64,000 nucleotides of DNA from Oopsacas minuta (taxonomy: Eukaryota > Animalia > Porifera): assembly GCA_024704765.1 (NCBI GenBank), contig JAKMXF010000349.1:1-64000 (forward strand). The letters run 5' to 3'. Shown piece by piece: positions 25,175 through 38,611 of this stretch. Below the pieces are notes generated by a model, which worked only from the letters and a program-made list of their open reading frames with translations, was not told where the DNA came from and did not search any database. Numbering within the stretch: the first letter of the stretch is position 1; each line of letters begins with the position of its first letter. Made by a program: the position numbers and the translations under genes.

Positions 25175-27700
25175 CAGTGGCGGCCTGAGGGGGGGGGCGG
25201 GAATCCGTAGACTAATCGCTCGAAACCAGATTGACGAATTGTAATGTCACTAATTGTAGGTCACGAATGGTAAGTAACGAATGGTAAGTAACGAATTGTA
25301 TTGTCATGTGTTGTAATGGCACGGATTGTAATGTCACAATTGTATGTATTCCAAATATTAGACATATGAAACTATATGAATAGGCAACACTTTCAGATCA
25401 AATTATATTTATTTGTAAAATTAATCATCCTTGCTGACTATTCATTAGTCAGTGCTGTTTTCTCCAAACACAAATAATCATGTCTAAGCATCAGGAACCC
25501 ATTCACTGCTTCTTTTCCAAGAGACCTCGTGTGGCTACAGGCTCAAGCGATGCAATCAACTATGTTCAAGTTGCTATAGTAGACCCAAATAGTGTACCCA
25601 ATGACATATCCAAGACAGCCAGAGAGGGGCCCACGCAAGTGGAGCTGCTTAAGTACCCAGTAGACACGAACGAGCGCAGGCTTCGGAAAGAATGGTTTAA
25701 GGATTCGGTGTGGCTCGAGTACTCTCAAATACGTGACTCTGCGTTCTGTTATGCTGGAGACATTTTGGCCAGGGCAATGTGAGATCAACTTGGTGTACTG
25801 CAGGGTTCAGCAATTGGAAGAAGGCCGTTGAGAAGTTTACCGAGCACAACTGTTCGGAGATACACAAGCACGCAGTGGCTGCCTGTATGCAGTGGAAACT
25901 AGACGACATGAGGAATGTCACAGCTATGCTGAGTGACCCGAATGAAAACATAAAAGGGTCATTACATCGGGGCAGTTGTGGAGGTTGTATCGTTATGCTG
26001 TAAGCAGGCTATCGCTCTCCGAGGTCTTCCTAAGTCTGAAGAGGACCCTTCTCCCGTCAACAAGGGAAATTTCTTGGCGACCCTAGATCTAGTAGCTCGG
26101 CATGACTCTATTATTGCTAGGAAGTTGCAGGAGGGACCACAAAACGCGAAATATACGCACCACAGCATCCAGGACAATGTTATCCATGTTGGCGCCGAGT
26201 TAATCAGCGAGCAGATAGGTGCTGAAACGAATTGATATTACTACGCTATCATAGCTGATGAGTCTCGTGATACTAGCCACAAGGAGTAGATGTCACTTGT
26301 GTTGAGATACGTGGTGCAGGAGGATGTGATCCACGGGAAGAAAGTCATCAAAGAGTCCTTTCATGGTTTCGCAGCTTGTGGAGTCTCTCCGCTTGCTGGT
26401 TTGTGCGAAACTCTGCTAACAAGTCTTCGTGGTTGTAAAATTGATCTTCTTGGTTGTGTCGCTAAATGCTTCGATGGTGCAGCTGTGACGAGTGGACGAT
26501 GCACTGGAGTCCAGGCGCGAATCCGTGAGCTCTGCCCTAAATCCATTAATGTACATTGTTTTGCCCATAGATTGAACTTTGTCATCGTCGATGTTGTGCA
26601 CGATACAGGCAGGGCGGAAGATCTCTTCACACTGCTGCAGTCGTTGCATAACTTCCTCTCCTCACCGATTGGCCACGAGCTGTACGTCAAGGCTCCTAGC
26701 TCCCGCTTTCCTAATTCCCAACTCCGCGAGATACCTTCTCTTTCAGAAACGCGTTGGGTGTGTCGCCATGATGCCTGTAAGACTCTCTCGGCCACTCTTC
26801 CAGCAGTTATCGATGTTCTAGAGGATCTCATTGAAGTTTCTGGAGAACGCAGCGCTACTGCGTGGAGAATGATGACGCGGCTCAATACCAGCTTCGTGGT
26901 CCACTTGTGTATACTTAATTTTCTATTCAAGATTTGTTCCGAGCTAGTGCGAAACTCCAAGGGAAGAGCGAGACTCTAGAGAAGGCCCTACAAGCCATCA
27001 AAACAGTCTGTTCATGGCTGGAGAGGCCACAGATCCCATTGGCGGACAAAGTATGGGAGGATATCTACAAGCAGGCGGCGGATATTGTATAGGCAGCGGA
27101 TCTTCCTCAGGACTATGTACGCAGAGTTCGCACGGTTCATGGTTGTCCTGCTGGGTTGAAGTTGTCTGAAGACTATCGCAGAGAGGTATTTGTGCCCATG
27201 TGCAACAAGAGTTTCGCAGAGTTGCAGAGGAGATTTCTATCGAAGGAGGATCTGGCTTTCTAAAACGGCATATCAGCATTGACGCCCAAAAGTGAATTAT
27301 TTCTCAACGTTGAGCAAATATGGTCGATGTGTGACCTTTATAGCATGGCAAAGAACGTAACGTCATGCAGACAGATCGACCTACTACGCATTACGTTCGA
27401 GAATGGAGGCGACGATCTTCCCTCAGACTTGATGGGAATGCTCAACTTCATCGAGCCCAACAAACGCGTCCTCAGCGTGATGAATATGGTCTTGCACATC
27501 TCTGTAACTATTCCGATCACCTCTGCGCAAGCATAACGGTCATTTAGCGTGATGAAAAGGATAAAGAACTCCTTCGCTCAACGATGGGTAACACCCGATT
27601 GCCTGATATCGGAGTCCTTAATGTCAATGCGCAGATGCAATACGCCTTGGATAGGGAGACTTTTATCAACCGATTCGCAGAGATACCGAACTGCATACTA
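25175..27700 (+). mobile_element. hAT element with TTF-type zinc finger (ZMYM1-like) transposase pseudogene
   Basis: Left end CAGTGGCGGCC with ACGAATTGTAATGTCAC-type subterminal repeats. Motifs WLEYSQIRDSAFCY, GFSNWKK, ALRG...GNFL, IIADESRD, CFDGAA, VHCFAHRLN, SETRW and RSFSVMKRIK. The right end was not identified. Confidence 0.85.
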
Positions 27701-27988
27701 CAATAGGACTCTATTAAGTGTAAATATACTTATTTGTAGTATGTTTAATTATATTTTTACACCTTTTAATCAATAATTGAAAATTATTCTATAGATTAGC
27801 TTCCACCAGCTAAATATGGGGAAATATGGACGTAGAATTTGATTCTGAAATTTAGAATCCACAACAATATTTCATAAACTTTTGACACGTTTTCTATAAA
27901 ATTAACAGTATATATTCACTAGAATACCATATACAATTACCATATGTACCTACTGCATATTTATGTTATTAAAATGGTTGTTGATTTA

Positions 27989-29351
27989 CCGGGTGTTCCT
28001 AAAAAACAGGCCCCAAAATCATGGAGCCATATTTCAGACGATTCTATGTATTCAGATATACCATTGATAACTAGTATAAATATACTACTTTTTAACAATA
28101 TAACTAAGGGAAAAGGTTGAAATTACTGAAATATCCAACTTATAGCATATGTTCTAGGTGCCCGCCATTAACTTCCATGCATTTTCTTAGTCTTTTCACA
28201 AAATTCTTCATTACATCCATGCACACTGACTTTGGAATCTTTCCCATTTCATCCTTAATGGATATTTTTAGTTCTCTGATGCTCTGGGGTTTGTTAGCAT
28301 ATACTTTATCCTTCAAATAGCCCCAAAGATAGAAATCAGGGGGGCTCAGGGCGGGATATGAGGGGCCCACTCAAAGGGGGTCAGTCGACTGATGATTCTG
28401 GTTCCAAAGTGGTTTTTAAGCCATTCCCTAGCAATTAATGAGGTATGGGCAGGGCTCCATCCTGCTGGAACCATAATTTAGGTAGTATAGAGGGGTAGAG
28501 TGATTCCACTTCTTTCCAGAACTCATTAAGCACCTTGACGTAGCGTTCCTTTGTCACAGTCACATTTCGACCATTTTCTTCGATGATAATAGATCCAATG
28601 ATGCCTCTCGCCCCAATAGCAGGCCACACGGTGCATCTTTCGGAATGTAATGGTTTCCAAACTATCGCTGAGGGCTTCTGAGTACCCCAAAATACATTGT
28701 TCTTACTATTGACCGCCCATCCAGCTCAAAATGAGCCTCATCCGAGGTGAAGAGAAGCCCAAGGAATGAGTCACAACTTTCAACTTTGGCGACCAATTTC
28801 TCAGCCATAGCTACCCTCTTGACCTTATCTACATTTGATAGCTTCTGGCCAGTTTGTATTCTATAGGGGAAAAAGGACAAATCTTGTTTCAAGACTCTCC
28901 AGAGGGTGGTAGGGGTGATACCAAGAGACTGGCTCCTCTTCCGGATTGACCTTTTGGGGCTGTTTCCAACTGCCTCCCTGACATCATCAATAACCTCCGC
29001 AGTTATCTTCCTAGGTCTCCCAGGATGAGTTGGACGCTTGGAATCCTTTGTATTTAGGTTTAGCACGGTCCCATAAGCCCTAAAATGGCTAACCCAGGAT
29101 TGAATCACACTCTTACAGGGCGAGGAAGCTGCCTCAAACTTTGCATGAAATAACTCATTGACCGTCGTAAACGACCCATGTTTGAAGTAGAATTCAACAC
29201 AGAATATGCGGTATTCTAACTTCCAATTTGGCTGGATGTATTCACACGAGTTGTTTCTGCCATATAGTGAAGAGAAAATATTGCTATAATAGAATACCTA
29301 TACATAGAGAGAAAAAGATGTGACTGGGACCAAATTTTTTAAAACACCCGG
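27989..29351 (-). mobile_element. rosa/DD41D-type Tc1/mariner element, full length, frameshifted
   Basis: TA-flanked TIRs CCGGGTGTT..TAAAAAA. Motifs TSDEAHF, FQQDGA and SPPDFYLWGYLKDKVY; the reconstructed D-to-D spacing is 41 after correcting two single-base deletions. Confidence 0.9.
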
Positions 29352-29611
29352 TATTTATTTAATTACTACTGTATTGTGATACCATGCAATGATTCAACAT
29401 TAGGTTTGATTGAGCTGTGTTTATATTTCTCCCTAGAATAATTTATACATTTTATTAATAGAGTCTGTGAGCTATGGTCCAGAATGTGAAATGACAGACA
29501 CATAGGGTTTCACCTAGCCTCAAGGGTGGGGGTAAATTCCACTCTTTTGGGGCTATTCCTTCACGTCTTAAGGTATGGATTAGTCCTCCTGAAATAGTGA
29601 CAATTGACCTA

Positions 29612-31358
29612 CACTGCCTGGCCAAAAGTATTTGAACATATTTCTACAAATCGAAGTGTTAATTCAACAATTCGAAAAATCATTAAGCATTCGAATATAA
29701 GTTTATATGTAGTATAAACGTTGACAAATACATGTAAATAGCTAAAAATAGAAAGTATATCATATAGTTTCACAAAAATTCTGGTGTTCTAACTATACTA
29801 TTATGTAATAAGTGATCTAACTTTATTCTAGTGATATACATCTTTAGTATTTTGTTTGTGCCCCGTTGGCCTTTTTCAATTCTGCCAACCTTTTTGGCAT
29901 TGAGCTGATCAATTCTTCCAATTCTTTCTGAGAGATTTGTTCCCACTCCTCTTTTAGCATGGATCTTAGTTGGGTTAGAGATGTTGGCAACGCATTTCGT
30001 GAATTTATTTTTCTTCCGATTAAGCCCCATAGGGACTCGATCAAATTCATATCTGGGGCCATCTTAATAATGGGATCTTTTTCGCAGTGAACCAATTTCT
30101 TGTCCTTTTGGACATGTGGGCTGGAGCGTTGTCTTGTTGAAATGTCAATATCTTCCCATATTCTATAGAGGGTATATAAAAATTTTTATAAAATGGCCCA
30201 AGTATTCGAGTTATATAGACATGTGAAGTGACATTTTGTTCTACGAATATCAATGGACCCAATGTATTCCCATAAAAACATCCCCATACTAACACAGGAC
30301 CACCATTCCCTTGTAAAGTCCTTGTTACGTTGTTAGGGTTGAATCTCTGATTACTTTCCCTCCATACTCTAACTCTTCCATCTGAGTTGAAGAGTTTGAA
30401 TCTTGATTCGTCAGACCATATAATGTCTGCCCAATCTCGCGGGGAAAAATTCTTACAATTTAGGTAAAAACTCAACCTTTGTTTGCGATTTTTCTCCGAA
30501 ATATGGGGTTTCTTTGCTCTCACACAAGATTTAAATCCAATTTCCTTCAGAGTTCTCCTCAAAGTTCTCTTAGAAATATTGATACTAGATTCGTTGACTT
30601 GATTCGAAAGTAACTTCAGTGTTTTGAATTTGTTTTTCCTTACAATCCTTTTGACCCCACGTATGTCTCTTTGGAGAAGTTTACGAGGTCTTCCAGATCT
30701 TGGAAGATTTTCTGTATTGCCAAACTTCTTCCACCGAGACACAATAGAATGTATCGAAGAGAGGGAAAAGTTTAATAATGAAGAAATCTGTCTGTAAGTA
30801 TGATTTCCTCCTCTGAATAGCCCGACTGTTTGGTTACGCAGATTTTGACTAATTTCTTTAATTTTCACCATAAGTTGCTAGTTGTAAATATATCTCAGAA
30901 ATTAAATAATTGTATGAAATCGTATCTGAAGCAAAACAAAGAAAATACTGATAACGCTATACTTCTGTTCAGCCATGGTTCACGAATCACGATGATAATA
31001 GACTATATCACTGAAATTTACAAGTATATATCTTGCCAATTTTGATTAATGACTTGAGTATACATTAACTTGTGGTTCATTAATTATAACATTGCATTTT
31101 CGACAATATATTAATGATAAATATAATGGTATGTGAACGTATTAAATCTGAGTATTTTGCAAGTTACAAAAGATATTTGATAAATTTCTAGATGTTAAAC
31201 ACGAGCATAGACACCGACTCCAAAGTTGAAGATTATTCAATCAGTAATTTTTAGATAAGTATGCAATAGTCTAAAAGCATACCTAAAGTATATAATAATC
31301 GAAGTGCTGGATTTGTACAGTTTGGATGATTTGTTCAAATACTTTCGGCCAGGCAGTG
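29612..31358 (-). mobile_element. Tc1 transposon, full length
   Basis: TA-flanked TIRs CACTGCCTGGCC(A/G)AAAGTATTTGAACA. ORF 30047-30871 (RSGRPRKL, WSDESRF, VWGCF, QQDNAPAH) is followed by DMNLIESLW after a frameshifting deletion. Confidence 0.93.
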
Positions 31359-31399
31359 TATACTAAAATTCACTTTTGCTCAATTACGCGTAGCATCTA

Positions 31400-32990
31400 T
31401 GTTTCTTGAATTTCTTATGGTGTTTTGCCGCTGTGAAACTGGATATACTTGGCACTATGTGCCTTCGAGTATTCTCAATAACTTTGTCCCCAATCGTACG
31501 AAGCGTTTGCATCTCGCGTTGTGCGAGCAAGCTAAACCCTTAGTATAGTAGTGTTGCCCATTTCTTTGGCAAAGCAACGGATCATTCCTAAATTCCAGCT
31601 GATATGTAGATATATATATATATTTCCTTCTTGGACTTAATACTAAATTGCAACATTGCCCCTTGTCACCTTTATATCCTGTCTTATATCATAATTAGAG
31701 CATATAATATTAGAAAGAAAGTATTCTCGCATTCAGAAAAGTCCAAAGTTCTAACTAAATAACTACATGTATAAGACTTATGAAATTGACCCTATCCTGT
31801 TGTCACACGAATCACATATGAAGGGAGCATCTCAAAAAGTCTTCGAGGAATTATGCCCAAAACGGAGTGTGAAGTTTCATTGCTATTCTGGGTATTACTA
31901 GAGCCAAAGCGGAACACTTCTCAATGCTCGCGAACATCTGAAAATCATACTGTAGTCTGGCTAGCTTAGAACGATCCAGATAGGGTTTAAGCAAACGGGC
32001 TGCAGCTCTAGAGGGATCATTAGCCTGTAGTGCACAAGCCTTTTGAAATTGTACAAATAGTCAAGGGAAGTGGACAGGTGTTATGATTTTCACTAAATGG
32101 TGCTTTAGTGTGTAGAGAGCTGTTCTAATAACTTCTGGCTAACGTCCTCTGCTTTGTAAGACGACTAATGCGTATAAATGGCCAATTCTGTTGGCTTTGT
32201 TTGTGTTATCGGTTTAGAGAATACATTTTGGTAGTTCGCTTCCTTAAATGCTATTTGAGCCGTTTCTGCGTATGGCCAAGATATTCCTCCTTCCATACAA
32301 TTTCATGGCCATCATATGGATCCATATTTTGATAACCGCTTGAAAGATGAATAGTCTCCATCGCCTACAAACGTAGTTTAGGCTAGTTTATTCTTTTGAA
32401 TGGAACTGCGCCAAAAGTGCCGCAGAGGGTTCCATAGCCTGGCTTGTTCTATGGAAATTCACAGTACACTCGCTCTCATGGTTGTTCAGATATATTCATC
32501 AGAGTTCGCCTCTTTTCGTTCTTGAGTCAACTTCACACATTTACTGCAGGCCCTATCATACAGGATATAGTCGAGTACTATTCCTGAGTGAACTGTAATA
32601 GCCGCTACAAACCCCAGATTGTAGCTATTCCAGGTCGCATCCAATCTTACAGTGCACTTTTGACGCTAGGTATATGTGAAATCTCTACAGAATCTTGAAC
32701 ATGTGTAGCTGCCAGAGACAGACTGCTCGCAGACTTTAGCTGAGGAATCGCCCAAATTGGAGAGATTCCTTTGGCATGGTATGCCATGTATTCTCTATTC
32801 CAAGGATGTGGCAAATAGGAGAAAGTCTGTCCAGCTAGCAAACGTGCTCTATATGGCGAGTAAACCTCTAATGTTCATTCAGACTTAATGCAAAGAAGTA
32901 TATCCGCGTCATTAGCGCTCTCATTGGGCTTCATCCCAATAGGTATTGATGTGAGAAACTCCGCTATAATTAGATGCCAATAGCTGTATT
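31400..32990 (-). pseudogene. Decayed Mutator-like (GDGD-type) transposase
   Basis: Minus-strand fragments VLDY...CSKC, ECTVNF...AME, FVGDGDYSSF, DPYDGHEIVWKEEYLGHTQKR and TQNSNETSHS match an animal family commonly annotated as Mutator-like. Boundaries are approximate. Confidence 0.6.
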
Positions 32991-33381
32991 TCAGGAGTAA
33001 GTATACCTGTAGGCCAGTGATTCTCAATGAGGTCCACTTGGCCCCCCTGGGGAGGAATTTTGGCCAGGGGAGGAATTGGGGAGGATTATCTTTAAGGAAT
33101 ATTCACCAGGGGCCTCATTCACTGAACAACTTAAGTTTTGCTTAACTTAAAGTTAAGTAAAACTTAAGCACTTCTTAAGTAAAATTTAAGTTTTCGTTTA
33201 GTATACCTAAATATCCAAAATTTAATAGAATACTTAAAATTTACTTAACAAAATATAGTTAAATATTCGATATATTACTTGTACTAGGGTTTATTGCCCA
33301 ATAGAATAACAGTCTACATTCAATCCAAATACAGTTCAATGCTAATTGGTGGTAATCCTGAATTTAGCAACTTAGCCTCTG

Positions 33382-36306
33382 CACAGTGTGGCATCATCTA
33401 GAATTAGCCAAATTTTTAGTGGTCTCATAACTATCTATAATAGTTCTAATATTGTTCAAGAGTCTGTCGAGAATACAACTATATTGTGTTTACTGGGGTT
33501 CAGCTTCTATTTGTGAATTTAAATTCTCATTGTCTAATGACGTAATTTTATAAGGTTTCAAAACATATTCCGAACTATAATTACGTTATCATAAATTCTA
33601 ACAGTAGATACAATCAAATGCCTACTTGCAAGTAATTCAATTCGCGATTCATTTATAAGTATTCCCTATCATAACTTTGAACATTAATACCTCCCAAACT
33701 TAATAGAAATTTTTGAGAGAACTCTTTTTCGAAACCCTGAAAATTACCAAATTTCGGGATGTATTTCGACATACTCAGAGGTAGATTTTTCAATGGGTAC
33801 AATATGGGGCCTCTATATTTTTAACAATGTTAAAGTACTGTACCACCCTTAATTTTATACAATTTTTAGCGCCCCATTCCCCACCCATTTCGAATTTCAA
33901 TCCAAATTTCCCTGAGATCGGCTGAATTTCAAACTTGTGTTATTTATCCCATTATATTGATACTTACTAGACAATACTTCCTTCCACTAGTTCAATGGAT
34001 AAAACATTTATTTCACAAAAAGAAGCATACGATATTTATAAATCACATGGTTGGAATTGTTCTGGTGCAGCTCGTCAGATAATTGAAGTTCATTCCTTGT
34101 CAGATGATCTGTTTGAAACTATTCGTTGGAAATTAAGAAATCTTCGAAAATCCAGAGATCATTACCAGAAGATTTACAACTTAAATGTTTGGGAGGGTAT
34201 GGAGTTTTATTCAGTCACTACTTGTAACTCTGGATCACAAATGTCGATTGACACAGTCGATTCTATCCCTGAGCAGCACTCATTTATTGAAGAGAATCTA
34301 ACAGAGATCAGAAAACCATTATTCAAACTCACAATGAAAGCTGCTCGAAACCGTTTGAACGTTTTGCTAAAGCATATTCAGTTCGTTGCCCAAAGGGAGC
34401 AGGTTGACGAGAAGAAAGTTGCTGATTTAGCTCTGGAATTAATTTCTAACCAGGAATATGATCGAGAAACTTCCAGTATATGCAAAGAAATAATCGCAAC
34501 AGGCACGTACGGAAATGTAAAGAAAGTTTCGACACCTATGTCAAGTTATATAATAGATCTTCTCGAAATTGGAGCATTCAAATACACACAGTTGAAGAAA
34601 TTACTGAAACAAGATATCGTATTCCCATCCTATAAAGTAATATCGCAATACAGTCAAGAAATTTCTCTTTCACGAAGCGTTTTATTTGTCACTAACCCTG
34701 AAGGTAACTCTATTGGTGTATCAGTTCCTTATTTCGAAATACTCGAACTAACAATTCAGCGACATCTTTTAAGCTTCGATTCCATTGTAAACAACTCACA
34801 ATATCCTGTCAGTTCGAAATGCAGACGGTCTAGTTGGATGAGGCTCACACAATTCTTACAACCAAGTGAACTCAAATCTAGGTTTAGATACACACAGTAT
34901 TATTCTATTCGGATTTAAAATTCTCAGTATAACAGATAACACAGGTTTCTCATTATACGTCAATACTTCCCCCAATTCACCTTTTTCATTCAGAGCAGTC
35001 TGCTTAATTGCGTTGAAGGAAAATCACGAAAACCTTAAATTTATTATGGATACACTCGTAAATCCGGCAACTAAATTAATTGTAGAACAAGGAATTGCAG
35101 TTGAAAATCGTCACATAAATGTAGAAATTATTCGATCTATATTTGATACCAAAATGGCAGGTCTATTAGATGAAGCGGGTGGTGCATCATGTCATCTTTG
35201 CACGGCCACAGGAAAGGAAATCAATAGTTTAGAGTGGGCCAGATCAGGTTTTCCAATTAATAGATACATTACTGATGCTAATCAACTATTTCACGATATT
35301 AATGAGGACGAAATATTTGCCCTACCTTCCAGAAAACGCTGTGGCATTACCCACCACCCTACTTCCGAAATAAACATTTTTAGCAGCTTCTCCATTGCAT
35401 GTGTATCTCTGTGTCTTTAGGTGGTACATGTTAAACATATATCACTTAGACGCAGGTTGTAAAAAATGGTCACCTACATGCACAAAAGTACAGGATTCTT
35501 TGAAACGAATAAGATCAATTATAGATGCCAAATGTAGTATCAAAATCGATATTCCTTCTAGTCAAGGGGGGACTTCAACAACTGGTAATGTTGCACGAGA
35601 CTGTTTCCGAGATAAAAGATTTCTTCAGATGCGCTACCTCCACTATTAACCCAGTTGATAAACCAACCCTTGAAATGATTCAAAACAACCTCTCGGTGAT
35701 TTTGAGGATAGTTAACAGCAAAGACCACATTAATTGTGATGGTCTTGAAAATCTTTGCAAGGAAACGTATGAATTGTTTTGAATCACTTTCCTTGGGTAA
35801 GCATCTCTCCCTCTCTTCATAAACTGCTTGCTCATTGTTTTCAAATAATTTATTGCTATAATCATGGTTATGGACTACAAAACCTTTCTGAAGAATGCTT
35901 AGAGGCTTGCAATAAGTATGTCAGAAGGTATAGAGAAAATTTAGCTAGAAAAACATCCTTTTCTGACAACTTTCGTGATATTTTAGTCAGACTTTTGTGC
36001 TTCAGTGACCCTGTATTGGTTTTAAATCGTCACAAAAGTATTAAAAAGGCTAAATCAAACGAAGATAGCATGCTTGAAACATCTGAACAGGATACCCTTG
36101 ATGAATCCCTGATAATCTATTAAAATTATGAATTAGTGATTTTAGTGATGACGTCATCCTCACATATTTTGAGTGAGATAATTAAAAATTTGACTTGTCC
36201 AGTGGAATGTACGGGGTCGATTTCATATATAAATATAATACAAATCTTATCGATTTGAGGTTACAATTTGGCTAATCCCTCATTTTCGCCTTTTTGCCAC
36301 ACTGTG
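33382..36306 (+). mobile_element. Complete RAG1-like (Transib superfamily) transposon, element 2
   Basis: Both ends start CACAGTGTGGCA and carry an internal ATTAGCCAAATT. An exact 5-bp TSD CTCTG lies at 33377-33381 and 36307-36311. Confidence 0.94.
33995..36123 (+). pseudogene. RAG1-like/Transib transposase pseudogene (element 2)
   Basis: NBD-like RKPLFKLTMKAARNRL...; ADGL(V)G*GSH with the first catalytic Asp mutated plus a stop; SIFDTKMAG; CHLC; SLHKLLAH; SEECLEACNKYVRRYRENLARK. Several frameshifts. Confidence 0.9.
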
Positions 36307-37169
36307 CTCTGCGTAGGCGAGCCTTCTTGTTTTTGCGAGTCCTTACTTTAGGCCGCTTCGGGCAGAGTGCTGAATCTTACGCACTGTAGTGCTAGGCTTG
36401 CGATCCGTAAACTGATTACCCTGGAAAATCGCTGCTGCTTTCGAGGACGACCAGAACCTTGGACCTCTGGAAATATGAAGTCCCGTTGTTCAGATGTTGC
36501 TATAGGAGGCAATTCAAGAAAGAAATCGCTTGAGAAATCCATGGAGAGGTTGGTTAACTGCTGTTTGAGTGGTTATTATTTCTGGTATAGGGGAAGATAT
36601 CGGCGAGATAGTATCCAGGGGAGGCACAGGAGGTGAGAAAATACTAAACAAGTCCTCCAAATCGCCCGAATCTGATCTGGGTGTGTCGCCAAGCTTTCTG
36701 AGAATATGGTCTTCACATGTTGAATTGCTTAAATCGTCTGAGGTAATGCTAATTATCTATAATATACTTCACTGTGTTGGCAAAAAAATTGGTGTGCGTA
36801 ATTCTATCCAAAGGTTAGCCATAAGACAATAGATTAGTTGGAACACCTGACTCCGGGACATCAGGCATCTTCCGGGCATCAACTCTGTTGCCGACACCCT
36901 AGAAAGGCCACTGTCACAAACAATTACGCAATGAATATATTCATGGTATTAGAATATTTTCACAACTTGAGAAAAATAATTTACCATTACTTCGAACTAT
37001 AGATAAGAATCCTTGAATTATAGAATGATCTAAACTTGAGTCAAATTTTGATTATCAACTACTCTGGATGATAAGGTTTTATTAAGTAGAAAACGTAGCC
37101 TTTTAACCAATTATATCCTATAATATAATAATATGGACAACATTAAAATAACCACAAAATAATCTAATT

Positions 37170-37870
37170 TAGTTAAGGGATCATAAATTTTGAGAGTGTC
37201 TGCAAGTACTACACGCTTTAAAGGAACCCTAAAGATTTCATCGCCAGCTATACATTCGATCCTACAAGAACACCTATTTGTAAGGAAGCTCTGTTGTCGC
37301 TCCCTCATAAATTGACGCAACCACAGAAAGCAAGAGTTGGATTTTGTCAATATATGCTCGATAAATATAACTCTGAGCAGGGAGGAGGATATATGACTTA
37401 GTAGCCGGTGATGAAACGTAGATAAATCACTACGACTCTCTACGAAAAGAGAAAGCGAAATTGTAGGCATTCGAAGATGATCCTCAACGTGTCCAAGTGA
37501 AACGGCCAAAAGTCGGTTTGTAAGAGGATATAAGCAATTTTCTTCAATCCTCAAGGTTTGATAAAGGTTGTTAAACTTGAAAAGGGTTCTACGGTTACTG
37601 AAAATGGCATACGATGTTTGTTTAAAATCAACCTTCGATGAAATCCAGCATCGCCGACCGAAAACTGGCTTACGATGGATCAAATTGCACCATGATAATG
37701 CACCAGCACATAAAGCGGCACATGCAATGGATTATATTCAAGAAAATGAAGTATTTACCCTGCCGCATCCACGATATTCTACTGAATTAGCCCCATGTGA
37801 CTTATGGCTCTCCCAAAACCCAAGGAAAAACTCAAGACGAATATTTGCACAAATACAATCTCTATATTAA
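37170..37870 (+). pseudogene. mariner transposase fragment
   Basis: IHSILQEHL...PHKLT, LVAGDET, LHHDNAPAH and HPRYSTELAPCDLW. No termini were found. Confidence 0.8.
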
Positions 37871-38283
37871 TTATATACAACGTTGTCTAATGACAAAACT
37901 ATCCTTGTGCCCTCAGATATATGTTTGTATGTCCAGAATTGATTCAAAACAGGAGGACCCCGTGGCTAATTTTTGGTATAGAGGTATTATGGCCCTGGCT
38001 CGGACATGTTCGAGTCATGGACGAAAATTCGCGCATGTTACGAAATTATGACTTCATTGCCACCTTATTAGATTTTCGAAAATCATATTACTAACCACTA
38101 CTCAGCCAATATACACGATAGAAGTTTGAATTTTGAATCGCAGGTACCCCTCAATGTGACAAAAATTCTAACGTCATGATCCTGAACAAAAGCTAACTCA
38201 TCATATGATAATCATATCATCATGACTCTAGAGAAAAATTAATATTTTCCAAATATCGAAAAATTTCATTATTCCTTAATATC

Positions 38284-38310
38284 CGCGGTACAAAGTGCCG
38301 CGTTTACTAG
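38284..38310 (+). mobile_element. Possible Helitron 3' terminus (hairpin + CTAG)
   Basis: CGCGGTAC-AAA-GTGCCGCG forms an 8-bp stem with one G.T pair, followed 4 nt later by CTAG. The next base is C rather than the expected T, and no 5' end was identified. Confidence 0.35.
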
Positions 38311-38611
38311 CCAAAAGCGAAATAGCATCTCTAGTGTCACCACAGATGTCATAATGAATCTTAACATTTTAACATTTCTATGAATTCTAGGCACTTAGTG
38401 CCGACTATATTCTGTTGGGTAGCGCGTAATAACTATAGAATGTATCTGTTTAATACCTAAGCTAACCTGACCCACAGGTGTCGCGCAGCGACCTAGCAAG
38501 TGAAGTGCTATTGTTATGGTGGATTGACCATAACAGGAAACAGTTTTTTTATGATTTAGCTAGATTTTGTATTATTTTCTTTTGTATTTTATTATTTAGC
38601 AATTTAAACCG

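Noticed and set aside
26361-26960. 199-aa minus-strand ORF as an overlapping gene
   Set aside because: It is an antisense shadow of the GC-rich hAT transposase and has no recognisable motifs.
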